Origin: an uncultured delta proteobacterium | Lineage (GTDB): Bacteria > Myxococcota > UBA727 > VGSZ01 | Direction: 5' to 3' | DNA length: 64,000 nt | NCBI GenBank assembly: GCA_963775425.1 | Contig: CAVZJB010000008.1 | Span: 266,749 to 330,748 of the forward strand | Shown: positions 9,431-18,463 of the stretch, piece by piece | Layout of the letters: each line of letters starts with the position of its first letter | How positions within the stretch are numbered: the stretch's first letter is position 1 | The notes under the pieces: generated by a model | What the model saw: only the letters and a program-made list of their open reading frames with translations | What the model was told of the DNA's origin: nothing | Database searches by the model: none | Translations under genes and position numbers: made by a program

Positions 9431-10558
9431 ATGTCGCGCGCGGCCGTCGCCCTTCTCCCCGTCCCCGTCGCCGCCGCTGTCGTGGCGTTCGCGGCCGGGT
9501 GCGCGGCGGACTTCCTGCCCGCGTCCGTGGTCATCAACCAGCGCGTCATCGCCGTCACGGCGGAGCCGCCGGAGGCGGTGCCCGGGCAGCAGGTCACGCT
9601 CACCCCCACCGTCGTCTCGCCCGACGGCGACCTCGCCGCTGGCGCCGGCTACGAGGCCACCTGGTGGCGCTGTCCGGACTCCGACAGCGACGCCCTGGGC
9701 GACTACGACCAGTGCACCAACCCCGCCGACAGAAAAGACATCGCGAGCGGCGCCCCCTACGTCGACACCGTCCCCGCAGACGTCTTCGGCCCGCTGCCGG
9801 ACCCGAACGCCGCGCCGGACCCGTCGCAGACCGACCCGCTGCCGTCGGACAAGCTCCTCGGCGCCATCCTCGGCTACTGGCGCGTCGTCGGCTTCAACAT
9901 GAGCGCCGCCGCCGGCGACGGCAAGCGCTCGGTGGACGCGTTCAAGCGCATCCCCGTGTACCTGCCCGTGCGCCTCGGCGACGTCGATGAGCGGCTGGCC
10001 GCGCTCGACTCCCACGTCGACGAAAACGGCGACGTCCTGCCGCCCAACCAGAACCCCACCGTGTCCGCGGTGCTCATCCACGAGGACAAGGTCGACGGCC
10101 CCACCAAGACCGAGCTGACCCACGGCAAGACGTACTTCTTCACGCCCGTCTTCGACGACGCCACCCTGGAGGACTACATCTCCCTCAAGGTCGACCTGTC
10201 GGGGCTCGACCTCTCGGACCCGGCGTCGCTCCAGGCCATCCCCGTCGACGACATGATCAAGCGCTTCCAGAAGGTGCAGCGCTGCGAGATCCCCACGTTC
10301 ACGTGGTTCGTCACCCACGGGCGCGTCCGCCGGGACACCACGCTCGACGAGGGCGTCGTCAAGCGCGTGTTCGACGCGCGGGGCGTCGACTGTCCGCCCA
10401 TCGAGGGCGATCCGCGCGCGCCCGAGGTGGAGTACACGCCGCCCACCGGCGCCGACGGCGACCCGCTGCCCGCCGACGGCGTGGTCCACGGCTGGGTGGT
10501 CATGCGCGACGGCCGCGGCGGCACCGCGGTGCGCTCCTTCGACTTCTCGGTGCAGTGA
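9431..10558 (+). CDS. Hypothetical lipoprotein
   Basis: MSRAAVALLPVPVAAAVVAFAAGCAAD is a signal peptide with a lipobox. 375 aa of normal composition. Its TGA stop overlaps the purD ATG (ATGA). The minus-strand ORF 7883..10489 is R-rich junk. Confidence 0.7.
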   Translation: MSRAAVALLPVPVAAAVVAFAAGCAADFLPASVVINQRVIAVTAEPPEAVPGQQVTLTPTVVSPDGDLAAGAGYEATWWRCPDSDSDALGDYDQCTNPADRKDIASGAPYVDTVPADVFGPLPDPNAAPDPSQTDPLPSDKLLGAILGYWRVVGFNMSAAAGDGKRSVDAFKRIPVYLPVRLGDVDERLAALDSHVDENGDVLPPNQNPTVSAVLIHEDKVDGPTKTELTHGKTYFFTPVFDDATLEDYISLKVDLSGLDLSDPASLQAIPVDDMIKRFQKVQRCEIPTFTWFVTHGRVRRDTTLDEGVVKRVFDARGVDCPPIEGDPRAPEVEYTPPTGADGDPLPADGVVHGWVVMRDGRGGTAVRSFDFSVQ

Positions 10559-11874
10559 TGGCCACGAAGGTGCTCGTCGTCGGCGCGGGAGCGCGTGAGC
10601 ACGCCCTCGCCTGGCGGCTCGCCCGCGGCGCCGGCGACGCCGCCCTCGCCGACCGCGAGATCATCGTCGCGCCCGGCAACGCCGGCATCGCCCGCGAATT
10701 CCGCTGCGTGTCGACGTCGCTCGCGCCGGCGGCGCTCGTGAAGGTCGCGCGCGACGTCGGCGCGGACCTCGTCGTGGTGGGGCCCGAGCAGCCGCTCGTG
10801 GACGGCGTCGCCGACGCGCTCGCCGCCGCGAAGATCCCCTGCTTCGGCCCGTCGCGCGAGGCCGCGCGGCTCGAGGGCAGCAAGGCCTTCATGAAGGCCG
10901 TGTGCGTGCGCGCGGGCGTGAGCACGGCGTCGTCGGTGGCGACGGCGCAGCTCGACGACGCCCGCCGCTTCATCGACGAGCGCGCGCGCAGCGGCCGCGG
11001 CGTCGTGGTGAAGGCCGACGGCCTGTGCGCGGGCAAGGGCGTGGTGGTGTGCAAGACCGCCAAGGAGGCCGTGGAGGTCGCCCACGACATGCTCGGCGAC
11101 GACGCCCGGCCGCCGCGCTTCGGCGACGCCAGCCGCAACATCGTCGTCGAGGACGTCCTGGGCGGCCAGGAGCTGAGCGTGTTCGGTCTGTGCGACGGCC
11201 ACGACGCGCTGCTGTTCGGCGCGGCCCGTGATCACAAGCGCCTCAAGGACGGCGACGAGGGCCCGAACACCGGCGGCATGGGCGCCGTGGCGCCGCTCGA
11301 CGAGCGCCACGGGGTGTCGGCGGAGCTGTACGACAAGATCCGGCGGCGCGTGTTCCTCCCCGTCCTCGACGAGATGCGCGCGCGCAACGCGCCCGTGCGC
11401 GGCCTCCTGTTCGCCGGGCTGATGGTGCACGACGACGAGCCGCGCGTGCTCGAGTTCAACGTGCGCTTCGGCGACCCGGAGACCGAGGCGCTCGTGATGG
11501 CGACGCCCGTGGACCTGCTGCCGCTCCTGCGCGCCTGCGCGGCCGGCGAGCGCCTGCCGCGCGTGGACCTGCGGGAGACGGCGCAGAAGGCCGCCGTCGT
11601 CGTCGTGGCGGCCGCGGGCTACCCGGAGGCGCCGGTGAAGGGCGCGGCCATCGAGGGGCTCGCCGCCGCCGACGCCCTCGCGGGCGTGAAGGTGTTCTGC
11701 GCCGGCGTCGCGAGGGACGGCGACCGGCTCGTGGCGGGCGGCGGCCGCGTGCTCGCCGTCGCGGGCCGCGGGGCCACCTTCGACGACGCCATCGGCCGCG
11801 CCTACGCCGGCGTCGACGCCATCCACATGACCGGCGCGCAGGTGCGGCGAGACATCGGCGCTTCCGTTCGTTGA
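10558..11874 (+). CDS. purD: Phosphoribosylamine--glycine ligase
   Basis: MATKVLVVGAGAREHALAWRL..., ATP-grasp motifs (GVVVKADGLCAGKGVVV) and C-terminal GGRVL-type conservation span the full length. Confidence 0.9.
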   Translation: MATKVLVVGAGAREHALAWRLARGAGDAALADREIIVAPGNAGIAREFRCVSTSLAPAALVKVARDVGADLVVVGPEQPLVDGVADALAAAKIPCFGPSREAARLEGSKAFMKAVCVRAGVSTASSVATAQLDDARRFIDERARSGRGVVVKADGLCAGKGVVVCKTAKEAVEVAHDMLGDDARPPRFGDASRNIVVEDVLGGQELSVFGLCDGHDALLFGAARDHKRLKDGDEGPNTGGMGAVAPLDERHGVSAELYDKIRRRVFLPVLDEMRARNAPVRGLLFAGLMVHDDEPRVLEFNVRFGDPETEALVMATPVDLLPLLRACAAGERLPRVDLRETAQKAAVVVVAAAGYPEAPVKGAAIEGLAAADALAGVKVFCAGVARDGDRLVAGGGRVLAVAGRGATFDDAIGRAYAGVDAIHMTGAQVRRDIGASVR

Positions 11875-11894
11875 TCCACCTTGAGGAGGGGCAG

Positions 11895-12398
11895 ATGCCG
11901 TCCATGGACATCGTGTCGAAGCCGAACTTGCACGAGGTGCAAAACGCGCTCGACCAGGCGCAAAAGGAGCTGAAGACCCGCTGGGACTTCAAGGGCACCG
12001 ACGCGTCGGTGACCGAGGTCGAGGGTGGGTTCAAGCTCGAGGCCAACACCGAGGAAAAGGTGAAGCAGGTCGCGGACGTCCTCGAGGACAAGTTCGTGAA
12101 GCGCAAGCTCTCCGTGAAATTCCTCGACCGGCAGGATCCGCAGCCGTCGGGGGCGCGCTACACCATGACGGTGGCGCTGAAGAAGTCGCTCGACACCGAC
12201 AACGCCAAGAAGATCGTGGCGATGATCAAAGAGAACAAGCAGTGGAAGGTGACGTCGTCCATCCAGGGCGACAAGAAGACCGGCGAGAGCAAGGTGCGCG
12301 TCGAGGGCAAGAGCATCGACGACCTGCAAGCCGTCCAGCAATTCCTCCGCGGGAAGGACCTCTCCGTCGCGCTCTCCTTCGAGAACTACCAGCGGTGA
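11895..12398 (+). CDS. yajQ: YajQ-family (UPF0234) nucleotide-binding protein
   Basis: MPSMDIVSKPNLHEVQNALDQAQKELKTRWDFKGTDASVTEVEGGFKLEAN... aligns with E. coli YajQ. RBS gaggagggg lies upstream of the ATG at 11895. Confidence 0.85.
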   Translation: MPSMDIVSKPNLHEVQNALDQAQKELKTRWDFKGTDASVTEVEGGFKLEANTEEKVKQVADVLEDKFVKRKLSVKFLDRQDPQPSGARYTMTVALKKSLDTDNAKKIVAMIKENKQWKVTSSIQGDKKTGESKVRVEGKSIDDLQAVQQFLRGKDLSVALSFENYQR

Positions 12399-12496
12399 GG
12401 GGCGCCCCGGGGCGTTCGATGCCGTAGCGATGTACGCCGGGACACTCGATCCCGGTCACTGACGCCGGCTTCGGTTCTTCGGTACGGTGCGGGCCG

Positions 12497-13996
12497 GTGC
12501 TCTTCAACTCCTACGCGTTCCTGTTCGGCTTCCTGCCGATCGCCGTGGTCGCGTTCTTCACCCTCGGGCGCCTGCGCGCCGGGCGGGTGGCACTGCCGGC
12601 GCTCGTGCTGGCGTCGCTGGCGTTCTACGCGTACTGGGACTGGCGCAACCTCTTCATCCTCGCGCCGTCGCTGCTCGTCAACTTCGCCGTCGGCCGCTGG
12701 CTGACGCGCACGCACCTGCAGGGCGGCAAGGACGCCGACCCCGCCGTCGGCGGTCGCAAGATCGTCCTCGTCTGCGGGCTCATCTTCAACCTCGCGCTGC
12801 TCGGGTGCTTCAAGTACCTCGACTTCACCATCAACACCGTCGACTTCATCGGCGGACCTTTCGGGCTGCGCATCCCGCTGCAGCACCTGGTGTTGCCGCT
12901 CGGCATCTCGTTTTTCTCGTTCGAGCAGATCGCCTACGTCGTCGACGCCTACCGTGGCCAACCCCGCCAGTACGGCTTCGTCGAGTACTGCGTGTTCGTC
13001 ACGTTCTTCCCGCACCTCATCGCGGGGCCGATCATCCAGCACAACGAGCTGATGGATCAGCTCAAGCCGTCGCTGTCCAAGCCGCGCGCGGAGAACGTCG
13101 CGCTCGGCATCTTCATCCTCGTCGTCGGCCTCTTCAAGAAGGTGGTCATCGCCGACTGGTGCATGCGCGTGGTGCCGGGCGTCTATGACCACGGGCCGCA
13201 GGCGATGACGGCGGTAGAGGCGTGGATCGGCACCATCGGCTACTCGCTGCAGCTCTACTTCGACTTCTCCGGATACAGCGACATGGCCATCGGCCTCGCG
13301 CGCATCTTCAACATCAAGCTCCCGCAGAACTTCAACTCGCCCTACAAGGCGCACAACCCCATCGAGTTCTGGCGTCGCTGGCACATGACGCTCTCGCGCT
13401 TCCTGCGGACCTATCTCTACATCCCGCTCGGCGGCAACCGCGGCACCCAGACGCGCCGCTACGTGAACCTCATGCTCACCATGCTCCTCGGCGGGCTCTG
13501 GCACGGCGCGGGGTGGGGCTTCGTCATCTGGGGCGGCCTCAACGGCGTGTACCTCGTCGCCAACAACCTGTTTCGCAAGTGGCGCAAGGCGCCCAAGGGC
13601 AACAACCCCGAGGGGCCGTGGTGGGTGATCGAGATCTCGGCCGCCGCCACGTTCTTCTTCATCATGCTGTCGCGCGTGTTCTTCCGTTCGCCGACGTTCA
13701 CCACGGCGGGCTCGGTGTTCCTCGACCTCTTCGGCATGCACGGCGTCGGCCTCGATCAGCTCGCCGCCAACGCCGCCGTCCTCTTCGCCTTCGCCGCCCT
13801 CTACGTCTTCTGCCGCCACGCGCCCAACACGCAGCAGGTGCTCACCGAGCTCGAGCCCGTCTACGGCAAGGTGGAGCGGCCGTCGCGCATGCAGCTCAAG
13901 CTCAACCATTGGGTGGCCGTGGGCGTCGCCGGCATGGCCCTCGTGTCGATCATGAAGCTCACGCAGGTGAGCGAGTTCCTCTACTTTCAGTTCTGA
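12497..13996 (+). CDS. MBOAT-family membrane-bound O-acyltransferase (AlgI/DltB/PatA-like)
   Basis: GTG start. MLFNSYAFLFGFLPIAVVAFF... Multi-TM protein with the conserved MBOAT histidine region (FWRRWHMTLSRFLRTYLYIPLGGNRG). Confidence 0.85.
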   Translation: MLFNSYAFLFGFLPIAVVAFFTLGRLRAGRVALPALVLASLAFYAYWDWRNLFILAPSLLVNFAVGRWLTRTHLQGGKDADPAVGGRKIVLVCGLIFNLALLGCFKYLDFTINTVDFIGGPFGLRIPLQHLVLPLGISFFSFEQIAYVVDAYRGQPRQYGFVEYCVFVTFFPHLIAGPIIQHNELMDQLKPSLSKPRAENVALGIFILVVGLFKKVVIADWCMRVVPGVYDHGPQAMTAVEAWIGTIGYSLQLYFDFSGYSDMAIGLARIFNIKLPQNFNSPYKAHNPIEFWRRWHMTLSRFLRTYLYIPLGGNRGTQTRRYVNLMLTMLLGGLWHGAGWGFVIWGGLNGVYLVANNLFRKWRKAPKGNNPEGPWWVIEISAAATFFFIMLSRVFFRSPTFTTAGSVFLDLFGMHGVGLDQLAANAAVLFAFAALYVFCRHAPNTQQVLTELEPVYGKVERPSRMQLKLNHWVAVGVAGMALVSIMKLTQVSEFLYFQF

Positions 13997-14207
13997 GCGG
14001 CGTTACGACATTCACGGCGGGACGGCGCTCGTCGCTGACGACGACGTCGTGCCCCGCCGCGAATGTCTACGGCGCGCGCCTTCGCCGCCTTTCCCGCAGC
14101 GGGGCGACGGCCCGCGCCGTCGTCGCCGCTGTTGGGCGCCCCCCTGTGGGGCGCGTCGGAGGGCACCGGCATCGTCCACGGCGCCGGGTCCCTCCGACGC
14201 GGCCGCC

Positions 14208-14420
14208 TACGGTCGTCGACGCAGCATGCGCGGGTTTGTCGCCGCCGACGTCGCGCCCCGCGATGCGGTCGTCGACGCAGCCGGCGCCGCGCATGGCACG
14301 GCGCCGGGTTTGTCGCCGACGACGCCGGCCGGCCGCCGCGGCGATGCGGTCGTCGACGCAGCCGACGCCGCGCATGGCACGGCGCCGGGTTTGTCGCCGC
14401 CGACGACGTCGCGCCCCGCA
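14208..14420. repeat. Noncoding tandem direct repeat (about 2.5 copies of an ~80-bp unit) between the MBOAT and DoxX genes
   Basis: Copies at 14263-14342 and 14343-14420 (gatgcggtcgtcgacgcagccgRcgccgcgcatggcacggcgccgggtttgtcgccg...). A partial copy with internal deletions lies at 14208-14262. Confidence 0.8.
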
Positions 14421-14524
14421 GTGACCCTCGGCGAAACGACGGGGTGCCTGACGGCGATGTCCCCGGGGAAGCAACGGTGCCCCGAACGCGTTGCGCTCGC
14501 CGCCGCCAGGAGTAGGTTTCGCCG

Positions 14525-14941
14525 ATGCTGAAGAGCCTGCTCGAGAAGTACGGCAACGACGTCGCCCTCTTGATGCTGCGCGTGGGGTTCGGCGGCTTCC
14601 TCGCCGTGAACCACGGCTGGACCAAGCTGATGACGTGGGGCCCCAAGCACCCCACGTTCGCCGATCCCCTCGGCGTGGGGCACCCGACGAGCATGGCGCT
14701 GGCCATCTTCGGCGAGCTCGTGTGCAGCATGCTCATCGTGCTCGGCCTGGGCACGCGGGTGGCGGCGGTGCCGGCGCTCATCACCATGCTGGTGGCCGCG
14801 CTCGGCGTGCACAAGGACTCGGTGTTCGGCGACGGCGAGCACGCGCTGTTGTACGGGGCGGCGTTCGTCGCGCTCATCCTCGCGGGCGGCGGAAGGTACT
14901 CGCTCGACCGCGTCGTCTCCGTGCGCTGGAAGGCCCCGTGA
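14525..14941 (+). CDS. DoxX-family membrane protein
   Basis: 138 aa with 4 TM helices: LLMLRVGFGGFLAVNHGWTKL... is DoxX-like. Confidence 0.8.
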   Translation: MLKSLLEKYGNDVALLMLRVGFGGFLAVNHGWTKLMTWGPKHPTFADPLGVGHPTSMALAIFGELVCSMLIVLGLGTRVAAVPALITMLVAALGVHKDSVFGDGEHALLYGAAFVALILAGGGRYSLDRVVSVRWKAP

Positions 14942-17094
14942 CACCCGGCCGCGGCGGCTCGCCCGGCACCCGCGTCGGCAGCCCCGTCGTCGTTGCCACC
15001 GCCGCCGCGCTCGCCCTCCTCGCCGCCGCCGCCTGCCACAAGTCCCCGCCGGCGCCGCCCCCGGCCCCCGCGGACGCCGACGACGCGTCGCCGTACATCG
15101 CCGACCTCGTCCACCAGGAGGATGCGCTGCGCGCGGCCACCGACTGGGCCGCGTTCCCGTCGAGCGATCGCACCCTCGGCGCCGACCCCGTCGACGTCGC
15201 CGCGCTCCCGGGCGGCGGCTTCGTGGGCGTCCTGCGCGGCGCCGACGCCCTGGTGCGCCTCGACGACGACGGCCGGGAGCTCGCGCGCGTGCCCGCCCCG
15301 CGCGCCCCCCGCGCCGTGGCCGTCGACGGCGACGCCGTCGCGGTGGTGGGCGAGCTCGACGGGCGCGTCCTGCTCGCGAGCGCCGCTGCCCTCGGCGCAC
15401 CGGCGGCCGCAGCCCGCGCGGGCGCGCCCCGCTTCGTGGCCGTTGCCGGCGTACGGGGCATGCGCGGCGTCGCCCTGGCGCGCGATCGTCATGGCGTGCG
15501 CCTGATCTACGTCGTCGACCTCGACGGCAACCTGCTGGTCCTCGACGGTGCGGGGCGCCGCGTGTGGCCGGGCGACGACAGGGCGGCGCCCGTGAACGTG
15601 GGACCGCGGGCGCTGTGGTTGAAGCGCGCCGGGGGCTTCCTCGTGTCGATGTCCGTGCTCGGCCACCAGCTCGTCGTCGTCCCCGTCGACGAGCGCGGCG
15701 TGCCCGACGGCGCGCGCGCGATGCGCGTGGACAACGACGGGCCCTTTTGGGGCTTCGACGCGCGTGTGGTCGGCGCCTCGCTGCTGGTCGCCGCGGGGCA
15801 CGTCGAGGACCACCCGCTCGATCGCAGCGGCGGCAGCTTCGGCTACATCGACTCGTTCGTGAGCGTGTACCGCTTTCCCGCTGCGGCGGGCGCGAAGGCG
15901 GAGCGCCTCGTGCGCCTCAACGCCTCGGCCGCCGGCGTGGTGGTCCCCAAGGCCCTGGCGTTCCTCGACGACGACACCGTCGTGGCCCTCGGCGCCGGCA
16001 GCGGGCGGGGCATGCGCTTCCAGATCGATGGTTCGACGGCTATCGAAGTCACTACCGATGACGGCGCGCGCGCCCGCGAGGCGCGCGCGACGACGGCCGT
16101 CGCGGCGCTGCCGGGCATCGTCGCCGTCGCGGTCGCCGGCGGTCGCGCGCTCGCCGCGGATCGGCTGCTCGATGCCTGGGTGGTCCTCCCCCTCGACGGC
16201 GGCGCCCCGCGCGCGGTGCCGGTGCCGGCGCCGCCGGGGGCGCCCGCGCGCTCGACCGCGTCGAAGCTCGGGGAGGCGCTGGCCTTCACCACGCTGATGG
16301 CCCCGCGGCAGAAGAGCGACGGGGAGCTGTCGCGCTTCACGTGCGAGACGTGTCACTTCGAGGGCGGCGGCGACGGCCGCGTGCACTCCACCGGCCGCGG
16401 CGACGTGAAGGCCAGCACGCGCTTCATCCAGGGGCTGTTCAACAACAAGCCGCTGTTCACGCGCGCCCTCGACGAGAACCTCTCCGAGATGGTGCACGCG
16501 GAGTTCCGCGTGGCCAACGCCAGGAGCGAGCTCGACCCGTGGTTCGCCGTCACGCCCGCCGACGCGCCGTGGCTGTCGCTCCTCGGGGTGCGCGGCAAGG
16601 TCGAGCCCGTCGAGCTCCGGCGCGCGCTCGTCTCGTTCTTCCACGACTTCACCCCGCGCGAAAACGCCGCCGTCGTCGGCCGCACGGCGTTCACCGCCGA
16701 GGAGCGCCGCGGCGCTGAGGTGTTCCGCGCCCGCTGCGCGTCGTGCCACACGCCCCGGCTCGTCGGCGACGACCCGCGCACCGCCCAGCCCTTCGATCGT
16801 TGGGAGCGCCTCATCCTCTCGGACAACGGCCCGCTCGTGTGGTCCGGCGACGGCCGCAAAAAGACCGGCATCGAGCCCTACGTGCACGAGGACGGCGCGC
16901 GGCCGTCGTCCCTGCGGCGGGTCTCGCGCAAGCTCCCGTACTTCACCAACGGCTCGTCCCGGGCCCTCGCCGACGTCGTCGCCCGCGCGCGCTTCTCGGG
17001 TTCAACGTTCATGCATTCATCGAAGCGAAGCGATCTCGCGGCGCTCCCGCCGGCAGATCAGCGGGCGCTCGTCGCGTTCCTCGAGCTGCTCTGA
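14938..17094 (+). CDS. Lipoprotein with large N-terminal domain and C-terminal di-haem cytochrome c peroxidase-like domain (two CxxCH)
   Basis: The GTG at 14938 overlaps the DoxX TGA (GTGA). Lipobox LALLAAAACHK. Haem motifs CETCH and CASCH in the last ~250 aa, in a CCP/MauG-like arrangement. The minus ORF 13987..16887 is a shadow. Confidence 0.7.
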   Translation: MTPGRGGSPGTRVGSPVVVATAAALALLAAAACHKSPPAPPPAPADADDASPYIADLVHQEDALRAATDWAAFPSSDRTLGADPVDVAALPGGGFVGVLRGADALVRLDDDGRELARVPAPRAPRAVAVDGDAVAVVGELDGRVLLASAAALGAPAAAARAGAPRFVAVAGVRGMRGVALARDRHGVRLIYVVDLDGNLLVLDGAGRRVWPGDDRAAPVNVGPRALWLKRAGGFLVSMSVLGHQLVVVPVDERGVPDGARAMRVDNDGPFWGFDARVVGASLLVAAGHVEDHPLDRSGGSFGYIDSFVSVYRFPAAAGAKAERLVRLNASAAGVVVPKALAFLDDDTVVALGAGSGRGMRFQIDGSTAIEVTTDDGARAREARATTAVAALPGIVAVAVAGGRALAADRLLDAWVVLPLDGGAPRAVPVPAPPGAPARSTASKLGEALAFTTLMAPRQKSDGELSRFTCETCHFEGGGDGRVHSTGRGDVKASTRFIQGLFNNKPLFTRALDENLSEMVHAEFRVANARSELDPWFAVTPADAPWLSLLGVRGKVEPVELRRALVSFFHDFTPRENAAVVGRTAFTAEERRGAEVFRARCASCHTPRLVGDDPRTAQPFDRWERLILSDNGPLVWSGDGRKKTGIEPYVHEDGARPSSLRRVSRKLPYFTNGSSRALADVVARARFSGSTFMHSSKRSDLAALPPADQRALVAFLELL

Positions 17095-17294
17095 CGGCGC
17101 CGTCGAGGACGGTGCTCGGCGAACACCGGCGCTCGACCTGGGCTGCTCCGGCTGCTCGTGCGCTGGGCAAGCGCGTGCTCGAGGAGGTGACGTCATGAAG
17201 GGATCGATGCCTCGTCGCCAAGGTCACGAGCACGTGCATGGTGCTGCGCGGCGACGACGCACGCGTGCGCTGAGGCAGATCGCGAGGCGCCCTT

Positions 17295-17936
17295 GTGCGA
17301 CGAGCGCCGCGTGGCGGATCGTCGGGCGTGGACCCGTTCGACCTGGATACGTGGCCGCCGAAGGCGGTGAAGATCGCGGCCGCGGTGATGGGCGGCCTCG
17401 GGCTGTTGATGATGCTGTCGCTGCTCGCGGTTCCCCACATCGGCCCTGTGCCGGTGCTCGCTATCTTCGGGGCGCTCACCGCCGTCGTCACCATCGCGGA
17501 CATCGCGTGGGTCGCGCGTGCGTTGCGGCGGCGGCGCGCGCGGCGGCGGCTCGAGCGCGCCGGCGCCCCGTCGCTGCCGGCGCCGGCGCCGAGCGGCCGT
17601 TGCCTCCGTTGCGAGGCGCCGCTCGGCGACGCGCGCGGGTCGTACGACGCGCGCGCGTGCCCGAGCGGCCACGGCGCGCTCGTGTCACCGCCCGCCAGCG
17701 AGCGGCTCCTCGAGGCGCTGCCCGCCGTCGACCTCGACGAGGCGCGCGCGGCCGGCTCGCGCCGCACCCGCCGCCGGCGCCGCGAGCCGGCGTGCCCGGC
17801 GTGCGCCGGCGCGATGCGCGCAGTGCGGCTGCGCGGCGCCGGCGCGCGCGACGTCGACGTCGAGCTCTGCGGCGCGTGCGGCGCCATCTGGCTCGACGCG
17901 GGAGAGCTCGACGCGCTCCTGCCGGGGAGCTCGTAG
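17295..17936 (+). CDS. Membrane protein with two TFIIB-type zinc-ribbon motifs
   Basis: TM helices (IAAAVMGGLGLLMMLSLLAV..., VLAIFGALTAVVTIADIAWV). Zinc ribbons CLRCEAPLG...CPSGHG and CPACAGAMRAVRL...CGACGAIWLDAGELDALL (zf-TFIIB-like). The start is uncertain because the N-terminus is Arg-rich. Confidence 0.5.
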   Translation: MRRAPRGGSSGVDPFDLDTWPPKAVKIAAAVMGGLGLLMMLSLLAVPHIGPVPVLAIFGALTAVVTIADIAWVARALRRRRARRRLERAGAPSLPAPAPSGRCLRCEAPLGDARGSYDARACPSGHGALVSPPASERLLEALPAVDLDEARAAGSRRTRRRRREPACPACAGAMRAVRLRGAGARDVDVELCGACGAIWLDAGELDALLPGSS

Positions 17937-17988
17937 AGCGCCGGCGAGGGGAGCGCCGTCGCGGGCTCGCGCGGGCGCTGCGTCGTCG

Positions 17989-18447
17989 TCAGCGTCGCCG
18001 GGGATGTCGGAGCGAAGCGGCGCTCAGCCACGAGCGGAGCGGGCGAGCGTCGTCGGCGCCGAGGGCGGCGAGCCGGCGCGGGAGCGCGCGCAGCGCGCGG
18101 GTGGGGGGCGGCGCGGGGCCCGTCGCGCGCTCGCAGTAGAAGGTGCGGCAGCCGAGCGGGCGCGCGGCGTACACGAGGCAGCGGCCCTCGGGCGACAAAA
18201 ACGGGCAGCGCTCGTCGTCGTCGTCGGGGACGCGCGGCAGCCGGCGTCCCGTGCGCTTCACTTCGTCGACGACGAGCTCCCACTCCACGGGCGTGAGCCA
18301 GGGCTCGCGCCCGGTGACGGCGAAGCGGCAGCAGTCCGTCGACGCGTCGCAGGACCAACCGTCGAGGGCGTCGTCGGCCTCGCGCAGGATGGCGAGGGCC
18401 GCGCGCCTGCGCGCGCCGGCCGCGCCCATCGACGCGCGCGGCTTCAT
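17989..18447 (-). CDS. YkgJ/UPF0153-family Cys-cluster (putative Zn/Fe-chelating) protein
   Basis: CDASTDCCRF...CPFLSPEGRCLVYAARPLGCRTFYC matches the CxxCxxCC family. Confidence 0.65.
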   Translation of the reverse strand: MKPRASMGAAGARRRAALAILREADDALDGWSCDASTDCCRFAVTGREPWLTPVEWELVVDEVKRTGRRLPRVPDDDDERCPFLSPEGRCLVYAARPLGCRTFYCERATGPAPPPTRALRALPRRLAALGADDARPLRSWLSAASLRHPRRR

Positions 18448-18463
18448 CGGCGCGTCCGGCGCG

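Noticed and set aside
7883-10489. 868-aa minus-strand ORF
   Set aside because: Poly-Arg/Pro/Gly translation. It overlaps the well-supported GT2, lipoprotein and purD genes.
13987-16887. 966-aa minus-strand ORF
   Set aside because: R/G/A-rich with no domains. It is antisense to the DoxX and haem-protein genes, which have clear motifs (CxxCH).
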